In this document: positions 1-12,013 of the stretch, piece by piece
How positions within the stretch are numbered: position 1 is the stretch's first letter
Layout of the letters: each line of letters starts with the position of its first letter
DNA from: Yuukianura sp. NJ FZ-2021
Lineage: Eukaryota
Assembly (NCBI GenBank): GCA_046563655.1
Contig: CM102288.1
Span: 682,001-746,000 of the forward strand
Reading direction: 5' to 3'
Length of the DNA stretch: 64,000 nt
Translations under genes and position numbers: made by a program
Notes under the pieces: model-generated
The model's input: only the letters and a program-made list of their open reading frames with translations
Told to the model about the DNA's origin: nothing
Database searches by the model: none

Positions 1-1712
1 TTCTTTTGTGTTTCAGCGCTGAAATTTTAGCTTTTGGCATAGAAATGGAATTTTAGGTGACAAAAGCATTAGGTTTTTAGTACTTTCTGGGAAAATTTAA
101 ATCTAGCAATGGATTATGTTATGGTATGCTTTTAGGACTAAAGTGGCTTACGCTGCTTCAGCGATGAAAGCATTGAGTTCCTTTTGTTCCTCAGCATGAG
201 CTTGGATTTGACGCTGGAGCGCTGCATTTGCTTGCTCCATTTGTTGAAGTCGAAGCATCAAGCGATCCAAGTACACATCTTGATCCCGCTTTTCAACTTC
301 CGCTTGTTGTTTTAGTTTTTGAAATCGCTCATCAACACGCTGAGAAATCATCAGTTGACCTTCGTAGTCTCGAATGGCCTCTCGGATACACCATTCCATC
401 AAATCCATTTCCTTCGTAGCTTTCATCAACCGCTTTTCTAAAAAAAACCAAAATCCATTCATTTTCTTCCAAAATTTTGAACTTTTTTTTTTAAAAAAGA
501 AGCTCAAAATTTACCTTCTTCCATTTCGGCTTTGAGAGCCTGTTCAGCCTGTTTTCTCAGCTGAACAACTTCGGCCGTTTCGGCTTCAATTTTTGTTCGT
601 TTTTCAGTTAATTCTTGTAATTCTTCTTCCAGTTTTTCCATATGATCAGTTTGGCGTGTCAATTCATACTGGAGATTGTACAATTGCTGACCAAGCTCCT
701 CTCGCTCTCTACGTTTCGTTTTCAATTCACCTTCCTAAAAAAATTTCAAAAAATAAAAAATAAATTTCAAAGAAAATTTGAAAATTTCATAAATTCAAAT
801 TCGGTTTGAAATAATTCAAACACGGAAAAAAATCAACACGTTGAAGAAAATAACCTACGAGTTCTCTCAGTTGACATTCTTCCATGTAAATCTGTTTTTG
901 TAAATGGCGCTTGAGCGCTGCTTGAAATCGCTGCATTCTGGGGTGATCTGGACCAAGCACGACTGCTTTCGCTTCAGGTTCGGGTTCTGTCGGAAGACAT
1001 TCGGAAGAACACGCTTTAGCCGAAACTGTGACTGGAACTTTGAAAAAATCAGCGTCATCCTCATCATCATCTTTGCATTCGTCTTCTTCCTCTTCTGGAC
1101 CTTCCAGAATCCGAATCATTTCTTCCAGCGATTGAGCAGTCAAAGGCACTGGAACAACAAATAAAGCGATTTTTTAAAAATTCTATGCAAAAATCGAAAA
1201 ATATTTCCATTTTTTTAGAATTTGGATTTTTACCCCTCGGAGGAACATTTTCCTCATCAGCATCTTCGCCATACTGTTCAGTGTAAGCCATGAAAGTAGC
1301 TTCCTCCTCATAGTCTTCTCCGATGACCTCAAGGTCAAAGTCCTGATTTGGAAGGTCAAAGGTCATCTCCTCTTCTTCAGCTTCTTCTTCCTCTTCTTCG
1401 ATATCAGACAACCTTGCAATTCCGGTTTCTACCGTCAAACCTGTTTCATCGTCTTCAGCCGTTCCAAGTCCTAATACGAAAGATTTAGTTTCATTTTAAA
1501 TTTAATTTCATTTTAAACAATCGTTTTTCCAAAATTTTGAATTTCAATTCATAATCTCTGAGTTTTTTTTTTCTTCCAAAAGTGCTACCTTCATTGTCTT
1601 CCAGGTTTTGAACGTCGAACTCCCCAGATTCTGTTTCTTCAAGATTGACCTGCATCTGACCTTCGTCGTTCTCGGACGCTCCAGAATTGTTGTCATCTCC
1701 TTTGGACGTCAT
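1..1712 (-). CDS. CCDC40: Coiled-coil domain-containing protein 40 (axonemal 96-nm ruler, motile cilia/sperm flagella); 5' part, continues beyond window
   Basis: Phase-consistent GT-AG exons 1712-1589, 1470-1234, 1148-859, 734-515, 437-152, 18-1. Acidic low-complexity N-terminus, then VVLGPDHPRMQRFQAALKRHLQKQI, REELGQQLYNLQYEL and EKRDQDVYLDRL, which match remembered CCDC40 motifs. An X-box lies upstream. Confidence 0.85.
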
Positions 1713-1881
1713 TTTGAACTATTCAAAAATTGCGGGTAACGGTTCAAGGTTTGGTTTGATGAAAAATGTAGTTTTAGTGAAATGTTACTATTTTTGCACT
1801 TTTGTGATCGGAGAAAGTAAGAGAAAGTTGAACTGAAATCCATTTGTTGTTATGGATTAAACGAATCAAATTTTTTGTTCA

Positions 1882-1895
1882 GTTTCCTTGGCAAC
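1882..1895. promoter_or_regulatory. RFX X-box (GTTTCCTTGGCAAC) with adjacent forkhead-like AAACAAAC
   Basis: Fits the X-box layout GTNNCC-N2-RGYAAC and lies 170 bp upstream of the CCDC40 ATG, as is typical of ciliary genes. Confidence 0.7.
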
Positions 1896-2044
1896 CAAAA
1901 CAAACGCCTCAAAAATTCAACTTTTGAGCAAATTCAGCATAATCCGCATCGCATCGAGGCAAGGTAGGAGCTTTCAAAGAATTTTATTTCACTCGTTTTT
2001 TTTTAAATCCTAAAACAGCACGAATCGGTTTTCTCTCAAAAAGC

Positions 2045-2875
2045 ATGTTGGGCATGAATTTTCTTTTGTTTTTGGCTGTGCTGACACAGGGAGCTGTGAA
2101 ATGTGAAGGTCATACTCATGGGTCAGGAGTGAAAGCACCTTCTCATCGCACTAACGTCTCCATCCACTATTTTGAGTTTTCTCCAGAACTGAAGTTACGC
2201 CAATGTCAACGCATGATTGACCTCATGAAGATATGCAACGTCCATCCCATGTACTACAAATTGCCAGAAATTACTGTTGGCATGAGCCGCGCCCTCATGA
2301 AGACCATCGACCACTACTTCCAAGTACAATTTTCAAAAAAAGCTAAAGAAAAAAGTTTGAATACTTGAGTTTTTTTTTTAAATTTTGAGGTCATTATCTA
2401 CAAGGAACTGTACGCAGTCTCTGGCAACTACAGTTCAACTAATCTTCCTGTGTTTTGTCGCCGTGGTTACTGCCTTGAATGTCTCCTGAAGAACACGTCC
2501 ATTTGCAGACCCTCCGGAGAGCTAAAACCAGAGGAAGGATATGGAGACGACTACAGACAGTGTATGTCCGGCTTAACAGATGACGTTGCCAAGGACGACG
2601 GCAGCATTTGTCTTACCGGGGTATGTGAACCGGGCACTCCCGGCTACTGCCAAACCGATCTCCCCAAACTGCCGTCCAAGAATCCAAGGATCTCTGGGTG
2701 CACAAACAGTTCATCCAGAGGCAGGAATTGCTACTACGTCCAACTGTACAGCAGAACGAAGATGCTTGACAACGGACATGTCATTGACGGGGTCAATCCG
2801 AGGTCATTCACCTCCGAACTGCTCATATCGCTGCTGTGGATTGCCATATTTAAGTTTTCTGAAAGCTTTTCCTAA
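2045..2875 (+). CDS. Uncharacterised secreted Cys-rich protein, possibly GPI-anchored (254 aa)
   Basis: Exons 2045-2323 and 2390-2875 join in phase 0. Signal peptide MLGMNFLLFLAVLTQGAVKC, many Cys, hydrophobic C-terminus LLISLLWIAIF. AATAAA near 2933. Confidence 0.7.
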
Positions 2876-3579
2876 GTTTTGAAGAGTGAAACAGCTTAGT
2901 ATGTCTGGTGGGATTTATAATTTAAATTGGTCAATAAAGTAGCATTTTTTTTTAATTTTTAAATTTTAGATCGTTTTCAATCGATTAAAAAACGTCGGTC
3001 CAAATAAAGATAATTGTTCAACGTTATGCTGGAACTTTGTGTCCAGGTCCAGTTCATATGCGTGGTTCTCTGTGTGTGGAGTGCAGCAATATTCAATAGC
3101 TATTAAAAAAAACTAACAACGAGACAGTTAACTAAGTTTATAGTTTACTGTATTGCAGTTTTTCTTAACTTTTGTGTTCAAAGAATGCTTCCCAATAAAT
3201 TATTGTTTGTCCAGAGGTCAAAGGTCAACTTTTTGTGTCTTAAACCAAAATGCTATGATTGACAAATGCATTTACCGCGAAAGTCAGTTCCTGCTGATCT
3301 GACGTGTTTTTTGTTTACTTTGAGCCAAAAAGCCGAAAGTAAAAGATTTTGGGTTTGTTACATTTCGAATTTTAAGTAACTACAAATTACAACTAACGCC
3401 AATTGAAAACTAATTGGGAGGTCAAAAAGACCGTCGAACGTACGGAGGTCAAGGTCAACGTTGAAGGTAAGTTGCCTCCAGCAGCAGTAGTCTATACCTG
3501 AGCTAAGCTGAATTTACTCAGATCAGCGAATTGAAAAATGTTAATGCAATCGGTGTTTAACTTAGGAACACACAGCGAC

Positions 3580-4770
3580 ATGTCCAGGAATACTGTCCAC
3601 TGGATACTTTGGTTGACATTGGTCAATCTAGCGATTTTGGTCTCCATCGGCTCACCACCATCCGTCCAGTGTCAAATGGTTCCAGTCTCCGAGGTCATCA
3701 CGCATGACCTCAAAGGAAATACAAAAACACCACAAGAAAAGGCCAAAATCCATGCCAAGATAGCTGAGAAGCACTTGGAAGACAAGCAGTATCCAGCACA
3801 TCATGACCAAGATACTTCCGACCATGTCCAGTCTAGAGCAAGAGCCGGTCAGGGTGACGACAAAGTTACGCGGAAGGACAAGCCCACCGAATTCCAAGAT
3901 CCAATTAGACATGCATCCGAAACCGGACTGTTGAACTTCTTACTGGACCAGTACAAATTATCTGGACAAAAAGATACTGAACAAAAGCTAGAAATCCTTC
4001 AAAACCTGGAACACTTTGCACACAAGTTCGAAAATGGTCGTGACCTTTTCGTTGGAACCGATGCTCTCAAAACCATTCTCCTTCCAGCACTAAACTCCAC
4101 ATCAGCTGATATTCGCAAAGCTTCAGCCAGTATCTTCGCCATTGCTGCTCAGAACAATCCAGTCGTCCAATCAAAGTCAGTTGAAGCCGGAGCTGTTCGT
4201 CACCTCATTCACTTGGTATCTTTTGACAAACAAGTTCGTGCTAAAGCACTCTTTGCCATTACGACAATCCTCCGGAACTTCCCGAACGCTCAAAACGAAT
4301 TTATCAAACTCGGTGGTGTATCGGAAGTAGTCAAGGTCGCATTCTTACCAGAAACAAGACGAAGAAGTCTCACATTCCTCATGGATTTACTTAACGAACG
4401 GAAGTACTGTCACCTAAAACACAGTTCAGAAGATTCCGGTGACAACGTTCAACTAGCCTCGGATGATCCGTGTGACCAACTTCGACTTCTTGACGAATCT
4501 TTAAAAAGTTGTGGCTGGTGCGACCTGCTCATCGACAGTATTCAAATCCTTGACAGCTTTGCTACAGAAGATCAAATGTTGGTCATCGAGGCAGTCGAAA
4601 GCAGTCTTAGTATTTGCACCTCTTCATTGTCTCATCTGGAACCCTTGTTCGTAACAATGTTGCAGCAATTTGAGGGTGACACGGACTTCGAAGGTACAAA
4701 AACACATATCCAGAATATTTTGGCAGCAATTGCCGCTCCCACGGTCTCATACTCAAAAGTCGAACTTTAA
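3580..4770 (+). CDS. SIL1: Nucleotide exchange factor SIL1 (BiP co-chaperone)
   Basis: Single coding exon; ATG 3580 follows a probable 5'UTR intron (3467-3565). Signal peptide, ARM-like motifs LQNLEHFAHKFENGRDL, AAQNNPVVQ, KALFAITTILRNFPNAQNEFIKLGG and GWC, and a KDEL-like C-terminus KVEL. Confidence 0.85.
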   Translation: MSRNTVHWILWLTLVNLAILVSIGSPPSVQCQMVPVSEVITHDLKGNTKTPQEKAKIHAKIAEKHLEDKQYPAHHDQDTSDHVQSRARAGQGDDKVTRKDKPTEFQDPIRHASETGLLNFLLDQYKLSGQKDTEQKLEILQNLEHFAHKFENGRDLFVGTDALKTILLPALNSTSADIRKASASIFAIAAQNNPVVQSKSVEAGAVRHLIHLVSFDKQVRAKALFAITTILRNFPNAQNEFIKLGGVSEVVKVAFLPETRRRSLTFLMDLLNERKYCHLKHSSEDSGDNVQLASDDPCDQLRLLDESLKSCGWCDLLIDSIQILDSFATEDQMLVIEAVESSLSICTSSLSHLEPLFVTMLQQFEGDTDFEGTKTHIQNILAAIAAPTVSYSKVEL

Positions 4771-4940
4771 TTAATTACCGTTATTAATTCAAAACCCAAT
4801 GCAATTCACTCAATTCTTTAAGCTTGAGAAGCACTCGTTAACCTTATTTTTATTAAAAGGTCCTAGTCAGTTATCAATCATCCGGGCTTACTAACCTAAC
4901 CTAACTTAATTTCAACTGTACAAAAAGTTCATACCAGAGG

Positions 4941-7900
4941 TCAATTCAGTTCCATTTGGAAAGATTTTGAGGTTATGCGCTGAACAGTTTGGTTTTTGGC
5001 CAAGTTAAATCCAGCCAGTAGCTCGGCTCTTCTGGACCGTAGCAGGATTTTGTTAACTTGGTAAAACAGGGCGTTCGGAACGACGGTTCGGTCAACTTTT
5101 GTGTGCAGAAATTGCAACAGCAAGGATATTTGAGCGTTTGTGATCTTTGTCTCATTTTCTGGGTTGTCCATTGCATCTCGGAACTTCGTCAGCAACTTTG
5201 TCACGGCACTGTGCAAAACAATTACTCGAACTTTAGAACAAACAAAATTTTATAACGAATTGCATTTGATCCTTGAACTTTACCTTTTCGGTATGATGTT
5301 CTGCTCGACCATTCGACAGAGCAGGGGTATCGCTTCGTCAAAACGTTTCTGTTGCAACATGGTATGAAATTCACAGTATCCACGCAGGAAGAAAAGTCGT
5401 TCTCCACATGAAGTAAACTTTGGAATGAGTTCAACCAGCACTGGAATTAGCTGGACATTTTCGTTTTCCAGGATTTTGTCCACTACTGTCGTAGTTACTG
5501 GAGCATCTTGAGCTCGAATGGCCCACAGCAGAGCATTTTGAAGTTGACCTTGATGTAACTTTGACACGGCCATCTGACGACAAATACTTTGATCTAAAAA
5601 ATTACAAAAACACTACATAGAAAATCATCTCAATTTTCAAAATTTTGAAAAGTCACATTTTGGAAAAGTCAAAACTTACGTTGTTCAATAAACTCAAACT
5701 TTCTGATGTATCTTAAAATTTTCTCTACTTCCATTTCTGAAGTAAGTTTGAGTCTGGAAAGCAGTTCGCCCATTACTGGAAGCCCCATTTCTGCTGGAAT
5801 TGAACTCAAATAGATCACACCAATCTAAAAACCAAAATAAAAAGTAACACAAAATTTTCAAAACAATTTACATAAATTCACTTCAGCATTTTTCAAAAAA
5901 CTTTCAGTGCTTTCGCAGCGAAAAAAGTTAAACCTACTTTACTTTTTAGCAGCTCGAAGCGCCTGGCTGTCTCTGATAAGCCCAAACTCGTTTTCGGTTT
6001 TCATTTTTCCAAAAAACTTAAAATTGGAAATGAAATTTACCTCCCATAATGCTGCATGCTGCATCAACTGAATTCCGTACTCTTTCACTAACTCATGTCG
6101 AATAGGACCCACTGATCTGAAAAAAAATTACAAAAATTGAAAAATTTTGAAAAAAAAAATTGAAAAATGTATCCTGGTGGTGTTAGCAAAAATCGACAAC
6201 AACAATAATTATATTTTAAAGGATTTTTAGCGTCGGAAGGCTGCTTAAGCGCTAACGGAGAGAGAACTGTTTAAAAAGAAAATTGAAAATTCTCTCTCTT
6301 GTAAAATTTCCAATTTTGAAGCAGCTCAGCCCCCCAAAAGACACATTTTCACATTTTTCAAAAGAAAAAAGCTTTAGCAACACAAGTCTAGTCTTTCCAA
6401 AAGTCAAGTCACTTCAACCCTATTTCCTCGCATCGCTGATTTTCACTTTCACCACTCAAGTGAGCAAAAGCTTTCCCTCTTTCAGCAGCAGCAGTAGGAG
6501 AGAATTCAATTTTAATTACTTTAGCAAAGACGCGTTCAACTATACTGGAATCTTAATTCCTAATTAAAAGCACAAACACTCTTAAAGCTCCAGCAGCAGT
6601 CAACCGAAATCCTAATTAAAAGCTGGAACTACACTCAAAATTTTCCATTTTCTCTGAAAATGCTAAACGGAGCAGCAGATCTTGTTGAATTCTGGTTCAA
6701 GAAAAAGCAAAATTAAATAACCTTTGACCTTCCCTTCTTCCATTCTGTGTTGTAGACTCTAACCTCATCAACCGTTTCCGTTGTGTACCAATTTTGAAAT
6801 ATTTAAAGCCTTTTCTAGACATTTCCTTATTCAAACACAAAATTAATCTCCTCCGCTTCAAAAACTCAATCCGATCTGGCATTCATTAGGTCCTCCACAA
6901 AAACCGAAATTCAAAAACAGGTCCAAAATCAACTTATGTTTTGGTGCTGCCAAAAGCTGCTTAGCAGATCAAGAAACAGCTCTTGATGAAGCAAACACCA
7001 AAACTCAAGGAGAAAGTGGAGTGTTTCCCCTTAAAAACTTAACGAAAACATCAAAATTCGATCTTCTCTAGACTCAAGTCTTGGTAGACTCTCGAAGTCA
7101 AAGATTGAATTACGAGGTTGAGGAAGTGAAAGGCGAACCTTACTTGTAATCAATCCGACTGTCAGCGATGCTTGAGTAAACACCGCCGGAGTAAATGAGG
7201 TCAGAGAAATGAAGCGGGAACCAAGGATGATTCCATTGTGTCTGCATGTCTTTCAAAACCTAAGAGATCAAGTACTTTGATTCAATATTCTGAAAAATTG
7301 GGTTTGAAAACTGAGTTGTGCTGAAACTGACCGTGACGATGTCATAGTCCATTGCAGAAAGAAGAATGTTGTCCAAATTGGTAAGTTCGAGTGTAAAATC
7401 ACCGTATTCGTCAATGGCCTTGCGAGCGTAAGCTTTGAGTGAAGCTGGACGAAGAAGAGGATACTGATAGTTGAGCATCATGCACAAGTATTCGTACCAA
7501 GTCCCAATTTGAGATCGAGCTTCTAGTAAACCATCGTCGCGGCCAGCCAAGACCTGAAGAAAGTTATTCGTTAGTAATCGATTAGAAGGAAGTGTGATTT
7601 TGAAGTTAAACGTACCTTGGCAAGAAGTGTGAGATGCTCACTTTCGTAAAATGCATGACTTTGAAGTCGAACCTCGATTTGTTCTCTCCAAGTGTGCCAT
7701 GCAATGTTAAAATCAGTACTAGCGCCTTTGGCTGGTTTAAATTCGGGTTTCTTCTTCATGAGTTCGATCATAACGGTAAGTTGTTCGCCAAAGACGGCAG
7801 ATTGCTGCTGATTGGCATACTCCAGCAACTTGGATGCTTCATATGTCCTGCCATGGAACGTGTTCTTGAAAATCATGTTCCATAGCAAATCTAATCCTTC

Positions 7901-8649
7901 GGGGTCAAGTTCCGGAAGTTCAGGAATGATCCGCATGAGATTACCCTCGGTGTCATCAAAGTTGACCTTGATCCAATCCATGTAATAAGGAAGTATGGGC
8001 AGTTCTACAAGAGAATTCAACTATTTTACAACATATTCAACATTGGATGGTATTTTTGTTTGTAAACCATTACCTGGATGAGATGAAATAAACATGATCT
8101 CGCAAAAGTGCCAAACACAATCAAGCTGAGAGTAAAGAATTGCCATGTCTGCGCATTCTCCGTCTTTATGAAAGGATTCAACGAGGTCCAGAATCGCTCC
8201 ACGGTAGGCTACGCTGAATCCACTTACTACACCTTGCGGAATCGGCTCCGTTTCATATTTTTTCAACTACAAATCAAAATAAGTCAAGGTATCATGCATA
8301 TTCGTTTTCCTAAAAGTAATAAAAAAGTTCCCTAACCTGTTCCTGAGACTTGATGAAGATCTCTACAGTTGTTGCAGCAAACTGTCTTAACTGAGCTTGG
8401 TCGGCAAAAGCTAAGTTGTCTAATTTTACTTCCAGAAAACCTATGATAAGTGGACGAGTTAGAACGATGTTCACCACACTTCAATCATTAATTTGGCCTC
8501 TTGTATGTTTGGAATTAGACAGACTTACCTCCCGTTCCCGTTGGCTCTTGGTTTGGAAGGACTGATGTTACGAGCGTGTTAGTTCCGAAGTTGACAGCAA
8601 CTTGTGGATACTTACTGGGTGATTGACCGGTGAATCTCACAACTTCCAT
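4941..8649 (-). CDS. NUP85: Nuclear pore complex protein Nup85 (Y-complex), about 10 exons
   Basis: ATG at 8649 and GT-AG exons down to the stop at 4941. Motifs WHFCEIMFI, WYEYLCMML, HPWFPLHFSDL, KEYGIQLMQHAALWE, ALLWAIRAQDA and ERLFFLRGYCEFH resemble metazoan Nup85. Confidence 0.85.
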
Positions 8650-8770
8650 GATGTAAAATTAATTAGCAAAGTTAATTAGTTCGAATTAGGAAGAATACCA
8701 AACGAAAATGAAAATATGAAATAAGAAAACAAACAGAAAATTAAAAAATTTACAAAACAAAAAAAAAACC

Positions 8771-8808
8771 GGCGCGGAAAATTCAAACCTTGGATTTAAA
8801 ATTGGCGC
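8771..8808. promoter_or_regulatory. E2F/CHR (DREAM-type) elements in the NUP85-ELP6 bidirectional promoter
   Basis: GGCGCGG-AAAA-TTCAAA (8771-8787) and an oppositely oriented TTTAAA-ATT-GGCGC (8795-8808). CRE-like TTACGTCA at 8860 and E-box GTCACGTG at 9064 are nearby. Confidence 0.5.
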
Positions 8809-9146
8809 TTTCCTATTGACCATTTCTTGTTCCAATAACAGAGGATGGCGGTAATATTATTACGTCAGTATTACAATTAATTTTACCAACTAAAATGTAT
8901 TACGTATAAATAAATATAGTATTGTAAATTAATATATTTAAATATAAAAACTAATTCAAATTAATAAGCTGATTGTGTAGCATTGCCCATATACGAAGAC
9001 AAGAGAAATGATGATGTGGTGGTGTGAGGAGCTTCTAGTCAAACCAAAATGTTTTTATTCAGAGTCACGTGGAAAATGAAATTTTTAGAATTTCTAATCT
9101 TGATCAGTTTAACTAATTTAATTGTTCAACTTCTAAGATAATTAGA

Positions 9147-10240
9147 ATGTCATCCAATTTCTTGCAGAGTTTGGATTTGGATAGTCGAGATCAAGGAATA
9201 TTCAGAGATGGTTCGCTAATTGTGACTCATCAGGGAGAGCAAGTCGATGGAAGTTTCGTACTTCAGTTCCTGACCTACGAAATTAGTCGGCTAATTACTA
9301 AAAAGACTCCTGTTGATCACCGGCTACAAGAAACAAAAGCACTGCTAATTCTCAATCATCAGTCAGCTGATCACTGGATATCAATTGCTTCCAAACTGGG
9401 ATGGAATATGAACTTGTTGAAAGGTAAAACAAAAAGCATTAATGAATGTAATATTTTAGTAAGCGCCCTCATAATTTGTTCTAACGGCTAATTTTTGAAT
9501 TTTTAATGGAATTTCCAATTCTAGATCAGAAACAACTCGGAGTTATTGACCTAGTGGAAGAAGCATACAAAATCCTTGCCCATGGAGAAGAACAGCGTGA
9601 AAACACTACTGACTCGGATTCTGCTGTATTCGATGCTGCTACTGGAACGTTAAGGTTGGATCGATTGCTTAAGAGATGTACGGCAGAAGTCGACAAATTG
9701 TTTCCATCAGAAGTTCCAGGTGACTTTGATCCTGGAGATGACAAGCCTATGAAGCTTTTTATTATACTGGAAGATTTGACGGGTCTTTTGAACTGCGCCA
9801 ACGAATCTGACCGCAGCGCCTTAGATTTTCTGCGTCAACTGAGATTCCTTCGACAGGACCTGGACATACGTCTTGTCACTCTAGTTTCGTCAACCAACAG
9901 CAACTCCCATGGGAAGTACTTTTCGAACCTCATCTGCCAGTCTCTGTCCACACTTACATTTAACGTTAATCAGCTTCGAACGGGATTTTCCGCCGAAGTT
10001 AATGGAGTTCTCACAGTAGAAGAACATGACAGATCCGTAAAAGAGCACATTAGACCACACCGTCCTCCCAGAACCTATCACTACAAATTACTTGACCGCG
10101 CCATCAAATTCACCCCTCTGTAAAATTTAAAAAAAAAAGTTGTTCCGTAAAAGTTAGAACTTTTTTAAACTTTTTCTTCCAGGCAATCCATGTCAATTTT
10201 AAAAAGTAAAGATATTACGTGTAAAAATGTGATTCAATAA
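9147..10240 (+). CDS. ELP6: Elongator complex protein 6
   Basis: Exons 9147-9423 and 9525-10119, plus a probable last exon 10183-10240 (unspliced stop at 10123). Motifs VDGSFVLQFL, QSADHWISIASKLGWNM, LRTGFSAEVNGVL and YHYKLLDRAIKF. Confidence 0.8.
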
Positions 10241-11153
10241 ATGAACACTGAAAGGAAAAACAACTTTTGAAAGATTTGCAAAAAGAAGCTTGTACAAAAA
10301 AGTGACATTTTAAATCCAACTGACTTTCTCTTTCTAATTCAACTTTCTTCCAACTTTTGTACACTTTTATTACAATGTCAGCTCAATTTCATTTCAAATT
10401 CATCTTCCTACCCATTTTCTATTATAAACTTAAGTATTTTTCGGAATGTGCTGCGGGAATTGATTTGTTGATTAAAGAACTTTATTCATCAAAAAGATAC
10501 AAAACTTTCTCTTTTCAAAACTGTCTCGGAAATTCAAAGTTTTCTTCTTTTTATACAAAAAAAAAGTCTTAAAAAAACTTTTTCGTTTATGGCCAAACAA
10601 AAATCCGACACTAACATTCAACCTAATTCAAATTATTACAAAAATAACTAATTTTTGTAGGAAAAATTTGAACGGAGAGAAACAGCAAACTATTTTTTGA
10701 ATTTCAAATTTTAGTAAACAGTTAACTTTTTTTTTAACACCTACTCCACGGTTTGTTAATTATATAGTTCCTTCAATTAGTATATTGATGACGATGATTT
10801 ATGTGTGACCTTGTCGACAAAAATTTTGTCAAAGACGAAAAAAAGTAGTAAAGCGACTGACTACTACACTTATAAAATCCAGAACAGACTAACCCAACCG
10901 GTTTTTGCACTCTTTATTTTTGCAACAACTTTTTATTACATGTCCATAACCTTTAGAGCACCATTTGCCGTGGTTGTGGCAACTTTGAGTGACTCTGCTT
11001 TTGTTTTACTGTTTGCAAAAGTTTGTTTGCTGAAATAATTTGCAAGGTTTTTCGATCCAACCAACCGGCCGCACAAATTCCTCAACCAGATTTTAGTCTG
11101 AACCAAAGTGGTTTGACTCTTGACCTTTGAAATTTTTGAGTTTGAGGGCCAAA

Positions 11154-12013
11154 ATGGCACCAGATACAAAGTTGAGCAAGTTGTTGTTTCGGTGCAAAGT
11201 GGGCGTGGCCAGGAAGGTGGTTGGACGAAACAGTGCCAAAGTGCTGGCCAAAATTCTTGTGGGTGACCAGGGAGTCGTTTTGCTCAACAAGTGCTACGAA
11301 GCATGCAGAATTCTCGTAATTTACTTAAAATTGCATTTGACCTCGAAAAATCCGTGACCTTTGACCTTTTGCTTTTTAGGTTGGTGGTGACCAGAAAGAA
11401 GCCAATGACTTTATTGATCGTTCCATTCGAATCCTGACTGACTGTGCAGTGTATGCTATTGAACAAAAGTTCAGTGAAGCAGAAAAGACCAGTTTCCTGT
11501 TCCGTACGAACCAAGAAATTGCCAACTACAACCGCCTGTTTAATCTCATTGAAGAATTCCAACCTGGGGTAAGGCCACGGAAAGGTCAAAGGTCATTGAC
11601 CTTCATTTTTGAACTTTTTTCAAAGAAATTTTGAAAATTTTCCTTCAACTTTTTATTTCCAGTTCAACGACTCACAAATTCCAGCAGTCGAATCTTCTCA
11701 TCAACTCACTTTCAAACAATTCTCACAAAAGTTCATCTCTAACATTACGAAAATCTTTGTTGAGACGCTGGGTCACCACTTCGATGCATCTCTGATCCGC
11801 TGCATCCATGAGATCTCAGATCAGTTGTGTTCTGATCACTCCTTAACTCAAATGTGCTACACCAAGTCCCCCCTGTGCCTTGTGTGTACCGAAGTGGCAC
11901 AAACTGCCTATCGCCTAGAACTGTCTCAGCGACGACTCAATTCAAATCTGCGAGAGGTGCAAAATGGCACACCAAAGGTCACTGGAAGCTCAATTTCTCA
12001 ATTAAAATTTTAA
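11154..12013 (+). CDS. Divergent TNFAIP8/TIPE-family (DUF758) protein, 233 aa
   Basis: Exons 11154-11315, 11380-11568 and 11663-12013, all phase 0. ARKVVGRNSAKVLAKILVGDQGVVLLNKCYEACR...QKEANDFIDRSIRILTDCAVYAIEQKFSEAEK aligns by eye with TNFAIP8 [31 protein letters not shown]...KKEAEKIIKNLIK...NNQFNQDE. Confidence 0.65.

Noticed and set aside
3538..3579. ORF-track start of SIL1
   Set aside because: ATG 3538 lies in a probable 5'UTR intron (3467-3565); ATG 3580 directly precedes the signal peptide.
4891..4905. CTAACCTAACCTAAC resembling the TTAGG telomeric repeat
   Set aside because: Fewer than three units; too short to call an interstitial telomere.
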